A stretch of DNA of 64,000 bases from Trichodelitschia bisporula (taxonomy: Eukaryota). The notes beneath the pieces were generated by a model. The model did not search any database, had not been told where the DNA came from, and was given only the letters and a program-made list of their open reading frames with translations. Position numbers and translations under genes: made by a program. Below, piece by piece: positions 59,461-64,000 of this stretch. The stretch covers positions 1-64,000 of the forward strand of contig ML996706.1 of NCBI GenBank assembly GCA_010356995.1, read 5' to 3'. Numbering within the stretch: the stretch's first letter is position 1; each line of letters opens with the position of its first letter.

Positions 59461-60574
59461 ATGCCTCGTCGTTGGAACTACGACGACGATGACTCGTCCC
59501 GCCTGCCGCACGGCATGGAGCGTCTCGCCTACGACGAACAGACGCAGAAGTACACTTTCCGCGACGTCAACGACGGCAGCATCTGGGAGTCCGAGACGGG
59601 CTCGCGCTACGGCCAGCTTACACGCGGTAAGTTCCCTTCCCTCTTAAAATTCGCATCAAACCTCGTCAAGATGCAGTTTGCAAATCCCATGCACCTCGAA
59701 CCCATCAAACTAACACCCCCAGTCGGCGGGCCAGTCGTCCTGGCTCAACTTCGCGAAGCGGAGCGAGCCCGCGCCCTAACTTCTCGTCCGGCCACGGCCT
59801 CGCAGGTTGCCGCTTCTCGCGCTCCGACCCCAGCTCGCGCTCCCTCGCCACTTCCCGTCTTCGTCCAGACTTCCGTGCTGGGCGGCATGCTCATCACGCG
59901 CCGTCCGACTCCGTCCACGGTCCCGACTCTGCCGACAATCTCGCCTCCGATGCCCGAGCGCTCGGTCCCGACCTTGTCCGTCCCCCCCAGCTCCCCCGCG
60001 CGTGCCGGCGTGCAGCTTCAAGACGGGCCGTCGCCGTTCCCGCATCGTCCCACGACCCCGACCCCCGGTACCATGGACTCGGCTCTCACGCCTAGGGCGA
60101 CTCGCAACCTCGCCAGCTCGCCTTCGAGCATTGTCTCTGATGTCTCGACCATTGGGCCGTTGACGCCGCGTCCCCAGCCCATCTCGCCCACGATGGCGTC
60201 CCCGTCTCCATCGCAGGTGCCGCTTCCGCCGTCGTCCCCGGCCGTCCCGGATTCGGCTGTGAGCAGCGAGAGCTTCGATGGGATCCTGAGGAGCTTCGAG
60301 CGCGAGCGGAAGGCTAGCTTTGCTAGCTACCTTACTGAGTCCGAGGCGTCGACGACGTCCAGGAAGTCGTTTGCTTCTTTCAGATCGGGTATTACGAAGG
60401 GATGGAAGAAGGCGCTGCATGCGGTTGAGGCGGTTTGCTTGTCCTGTCCTGTTCGGTGAAGAGTATGGCTGATGATTTTAGACCACCAAGTTCGATGCTG
60501 GCAGGAAGAAGGACGCCGACGACGATGAGGAGGAGGGGGTCAAGCAGCCCAAGCGGAAGGAAAAAACCTGGTAG
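59461..60574 (+). CDS. Hypothetical Pro/Ser-rich protein with a conserved-looking N-terminal RLP.GM.R..YD...Q.YTF.D..DGS.WE...G.RYG.L motif; introns 59627..59722 and 60433..60481
   Basis: ATG at 59461, preceded by a 5'UTR intron (59334..59448). Canonical splice signals. Last exon TTKFDAGRKKDADDDEEEGVKQPKRKEKTW*. Confidence 0.75.
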
Positions 60575-61539
60575 ACATCCAAGCTGGCACCGACGGTGCG
60601 TGCCGTGAGGTTAGCCGAGTATACCGCTGGCGTATACATATCGGCCCGGGCACGTACCTTGGTACAGCGAGTGATGCTGGCGGCAATTCTTCATACGGTT
60701 TGTTTTCGCGTGGGTAGGCGTATGGGCTGGGGTGTCTGGGAGTCGCTCGGGGGGTTCCATAGATAGTTCTAGCACGAATGTCCGTTTTACGTCAACTTGC
60801 GATGATGGGTGAAGGTGTGCGGTAACATCGCGTCTTCGTGGAAGCTGCTGTAGATTTTCGCTGTCTGCCCATGGAACAGCGTCCTGCTTCATTGTTATCA
60901 AGTGATCAGGGTATTGGTACTGACGTAGACATGGAAGGGACATCCTAAGGGACATGATGTAACCTTAATGAGCGCATGATAGAAGAAAGGAGCGAAGGAG
61001 TATACTTGGCATCGTGTATTTAAGTTTCGGGAGTCTCTTCCTATCTTCCTCTCTTCGTCTTAACTTCAATCTTCAGCATTACAGCTGCCTTCGCACGTAA
61101 TGAGGCTTTGCTTTCATCAGGTACTGGCAAAGACCGTCTCGGTTTCAGGTCTCAAAGGATAGAGTAGTGAAGGCTTTGGGTACTTCACGAGCGCTTTTCA
61201 GATGTATTCTTGCCATTGATCTGTCGAATGGGCCAGGGGATGACCGCGAGCAGCGATGACGATCAGGACATGAGGTGAAGTTGGGCCGTCCGATGATGTT
61301 GATGCGGCTCTGCCAACGGCGCGAACATGGGCTGAGGCCAAGGATCTCACTAACGCTTTTAACCCTAGCCTTCACGCTAGGAAACGGTAGTATTCACGGC
61401 GACAGATGATGCAACTTGCGAAGTACGGACGTGTGAGATGCTCCGCAATCCAGGCGGCATTAGTTACAGCGAACAAGTCTATTGGGAACAAGGGCGAAAC
61501 TCGAGAGCGGGTATATCCACCGGCGGCATCGCATACCCA

Positions 61540-62638
61540 TCACCCTACCACCGCCACCACGCCGATTAGCAACATCGTCCAAGCAAGCATGGACGCCAAA
61601 CCATCACTAACCAAGCGCACACTACCCGACGTCAGGCCCTTATCCTCCACCTCGCACACGTTGCCGTAACCCCGCTGCGGCTCCGGCCCAGTCGCATTGA
61701 ACAGCATCTCGATCCACTGAATATCGAACCGCGCATCCATGCCCACCTTCATAGGGCCAACCCAGCTCGAATTCGCACCCCACATATCAAGATACACCTC
61801 AGACGCCATCGACGGCACATTCAATGTACTCGTGTTCCTCTCAACGCCATCGACAAAGAACGCACTAAACCCTGCCGTCCAGTCCAGCCGGTGCTCATGC
61901 CAGTCCGTCCACTGCTTCTTGCCATGCTGCGCAAGCGAGACATTCACCGTCGCACCCGGGATGTCGATCCAGTCGGGCGCACCCGATGACGAAGGCTGGT
62001 TTGAGTAATGCACCTGCCCCGCCTGGTCCTTGGTCATCATCTCGATGTCCGACTCCTGCGTGTCGTTGTAGTACGTGAAGATGCCGGCGCAGGCGCCCGG
62101 CGCGCCGGACACGCGGGCGTAGACGCGGATCGATGCATGTAGGACCTGGAACTCTTTGTAGGTTATTTCGGCGGATTCTTGCACTTCGTCCGCAGTGCGC
62201 GCTGTGCTGAGGCTCAGGTATGTCTCATAGTCGTGGGACTTATCAGTGCTCTTGGCTGCGCGGTGTTAGGAGGGGATGATGCGGTGAGAGAATGAGAGGG
62301 TAAGTACTGATTGAGATGCGCTTCGGAGTGAAGGCTACCGGGATGACGGTCCCGCCGGGGCTCTTGCGCTCGTAGTCGCGGAAGTACCAGTCTTTGGGCC
62401 ACTGGCCATCGGCGACGGTCTTGCTCGCTGGGCCCTGGGCAGAGGGCGACGCTGAGTCTAATGGTGCTGGGGAGGCGAGGGTGCCGGTCACGTTGCGGAA
62501 GTCGTAGAAGCGGTGGTATTGGAAGGTGGACGGTGTCTTGCCGCTTGTCTTGAAGGCTGTACATGAGTCTGCGATGCTGGCTTTGGCTTCGGTGATCAGA
62601 GCGAGGGCAGTCAAGAGGAGGGTGAGCGAGGCCAGCAT
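61540..62638 (-). CDS. Secreted, probably GPI-anchored glycoside hydrolase family 16 protein; intron 62256..62307
   Basis: Signal peptide MLASLTLLLTALALITEAKA, FQYHRFYDFRN, GACAGIFTY..DTQESDIEMMTKD (ExDxE), WHEHRLDW, FFVDG, IQWIEMLFN, and a hydrophobic C-terminal tail. Confidence 0.9.
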
Positions 62639-64000
62639 GATGGCGGATAAGATAGGGGATGGTACGGGATGCTTCAAACATGGGCCAAGAACTAAAAAAC
62701 CAAGGCAGGTTACGAACTACAGGAAGTGGGATGGGGGATCTATTGCTATTGTTTGGTTTCTACCCAGCCTGAACGTTAGGGGCCAGAGCCCACAAAGGCT
62801 CCACGAAACGAAGTGCTGTGGCCAGGATGAAAGGGGCGGCGGGTCGCGGGAGGCTGAGGCTGGAATCCCTCTTTGAAGCGCTTTGAAAGACTTCGAAGCA
62901 ATAAGATGTCAGAATTCTCACCTCCCGCAAATTCTTAGGAGGCAAGAAGAGGGGTCTCCAAAACAGAAATACCCCTTGACTGCACAGCGTCCAGACCATT
63001 CGGGACGTAAATAGAATGTCAATGCCAACGAGGTTCGCATGCTCTAGGTCGTACAGACAGTCACGACAGTGTACCTGTGTCTCTGCCCTACAGACCGACT
63101 GGTGCAAAAATAGCGATGGTGAGTGCCAACGAGAATTATCCTATCGATAGAGGTGGTTCTCGTCACCTTGCATGAGATAATCCCCAGGATACGAGTAATA
63201 GTTGCTACTTGCGGCTCAATACCGATTGGCGGTCTGCGGCCCCACGTTTCACCGAATGGGGTTCTCGCTGGTTGCAACCCGGTCGCTTTGTCTCCGTCAT
63301 CTCTCCTGTCATTTCATCGCCGGAACAGCACTCGCTGCAATCCCTGATCTCAACATCCAGTCGCGATGCAAAGAACCCGAAAACCGGCCACCGGGAAGGA
63401 TTCAACACCATGGATCTGGAGTTTCTCGTACGACGGAGTGAATCCCCTCCTGGGAATGTCGACATTCCAACAGGCCCTTACATCGTCATGCGCGAGCTAA
63501 TCGACGACAAAGCCTCTCGTAGGCGCTATTTTCTGCATTGTCAGTCATTCGATGGTTGGTCTTTCACATTGCTGGTTGGACACCAATATGGCGAATCGCC
63601 TTCAGCCACGAGCAGACTCGCCCGATCCTCGTCCAACCCCGCATTCTGATGATCACAACCATGGCCATGGGCATCGAATAACGAGCCGACAAGAGCATCA
63701 CCCCCGATGACGATTCCAGGGGCAATCGCTAGGAGCTCCAGCGGCACGAATTTCATGTTACACAGGATCCTGCTGTGTCCATCCATCGCGTGCTCCTGCA
63801 GTAAATCCCTTGTCTTGGGCTGATCCATCGATATTTGTTTGTCATAGCATCGTACAACCGCGCAAGTCACGACCGCAAAGTGTCTTGACGCCTGCACGCG
63901 CGGTAAGTCAGCAAATCTGTCAAGCTCCGCAAACACACTACATTGTGCGCGAAATCAGATGCTCTATCTTCTCGCCGAAAGAGCATCGGCTTAGTTGCCG

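Noticed and set aside
63209..63936. Overlapping 146-aa (+) and 131-aa (-) ORFs at the window end
   Set aside because: No recognisable domain or consistent exon model; may belong to something beyond the window.
1..64000. CRISPR arrays, rRNA/5S, snRNA, TPP riboswitch, telomeric repeats, secondary-metabolite backbone genes
   Set aside because: Looked for by eye and none recognised; a covariance-model scan would be needed to exclude small ncRNAs.

Overview
This is eukaryotic DNA from a GC-rich filamentous ascomycete (Pezizomycotina-type genes; short GT-AG introns with CTAAC/CTGAC branch points). Most entries in the supplied ORF track are shadow ORFs, so gene models were rebuilt by hand from splice signals. 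The window holds about 15 protein genes: a Cys/His zinc-repeat protein, a GT2-like and a GT34 glycosyltransferase, an eIF1A-domain protein, ALG3, a small secreted CFEM protein, RPN1, RIO2, a two-RRM Spo5/RBMS-like protein, NADPH-P450 reductase, TAO3/PAG1, a chromodomain protein, a divergent GNA1-like acetyltransferase, an orphan Pro/Ser-rich protein and a GPI-type GH16. It also holds an apparently frameshifted hypothetical gene, two tRNAs (Glu-TTC with an intron, Ser-AGA), a 5'-truncated Ty1/copia element with its 3' LTR, a patch of scrambled Ty3/gypsy relics and one 30-N assembly gap. The most unusual signals are: (1) a ~350-bp fold-back palindrome built from two diverged gypsy RT fragments joined at a perfect 10-bp palindrome; (2) a GNA1 paralog with substituted active-site residues and a long disordered N-terminus; (3) an AUG-free, multi-intron, in-frame leader on the RRM gene; (4) an atypical CFEM protein; (5) a copia fragment fused directly to a host start codon. 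All family assignments come from motif recognition; no database searches were run.
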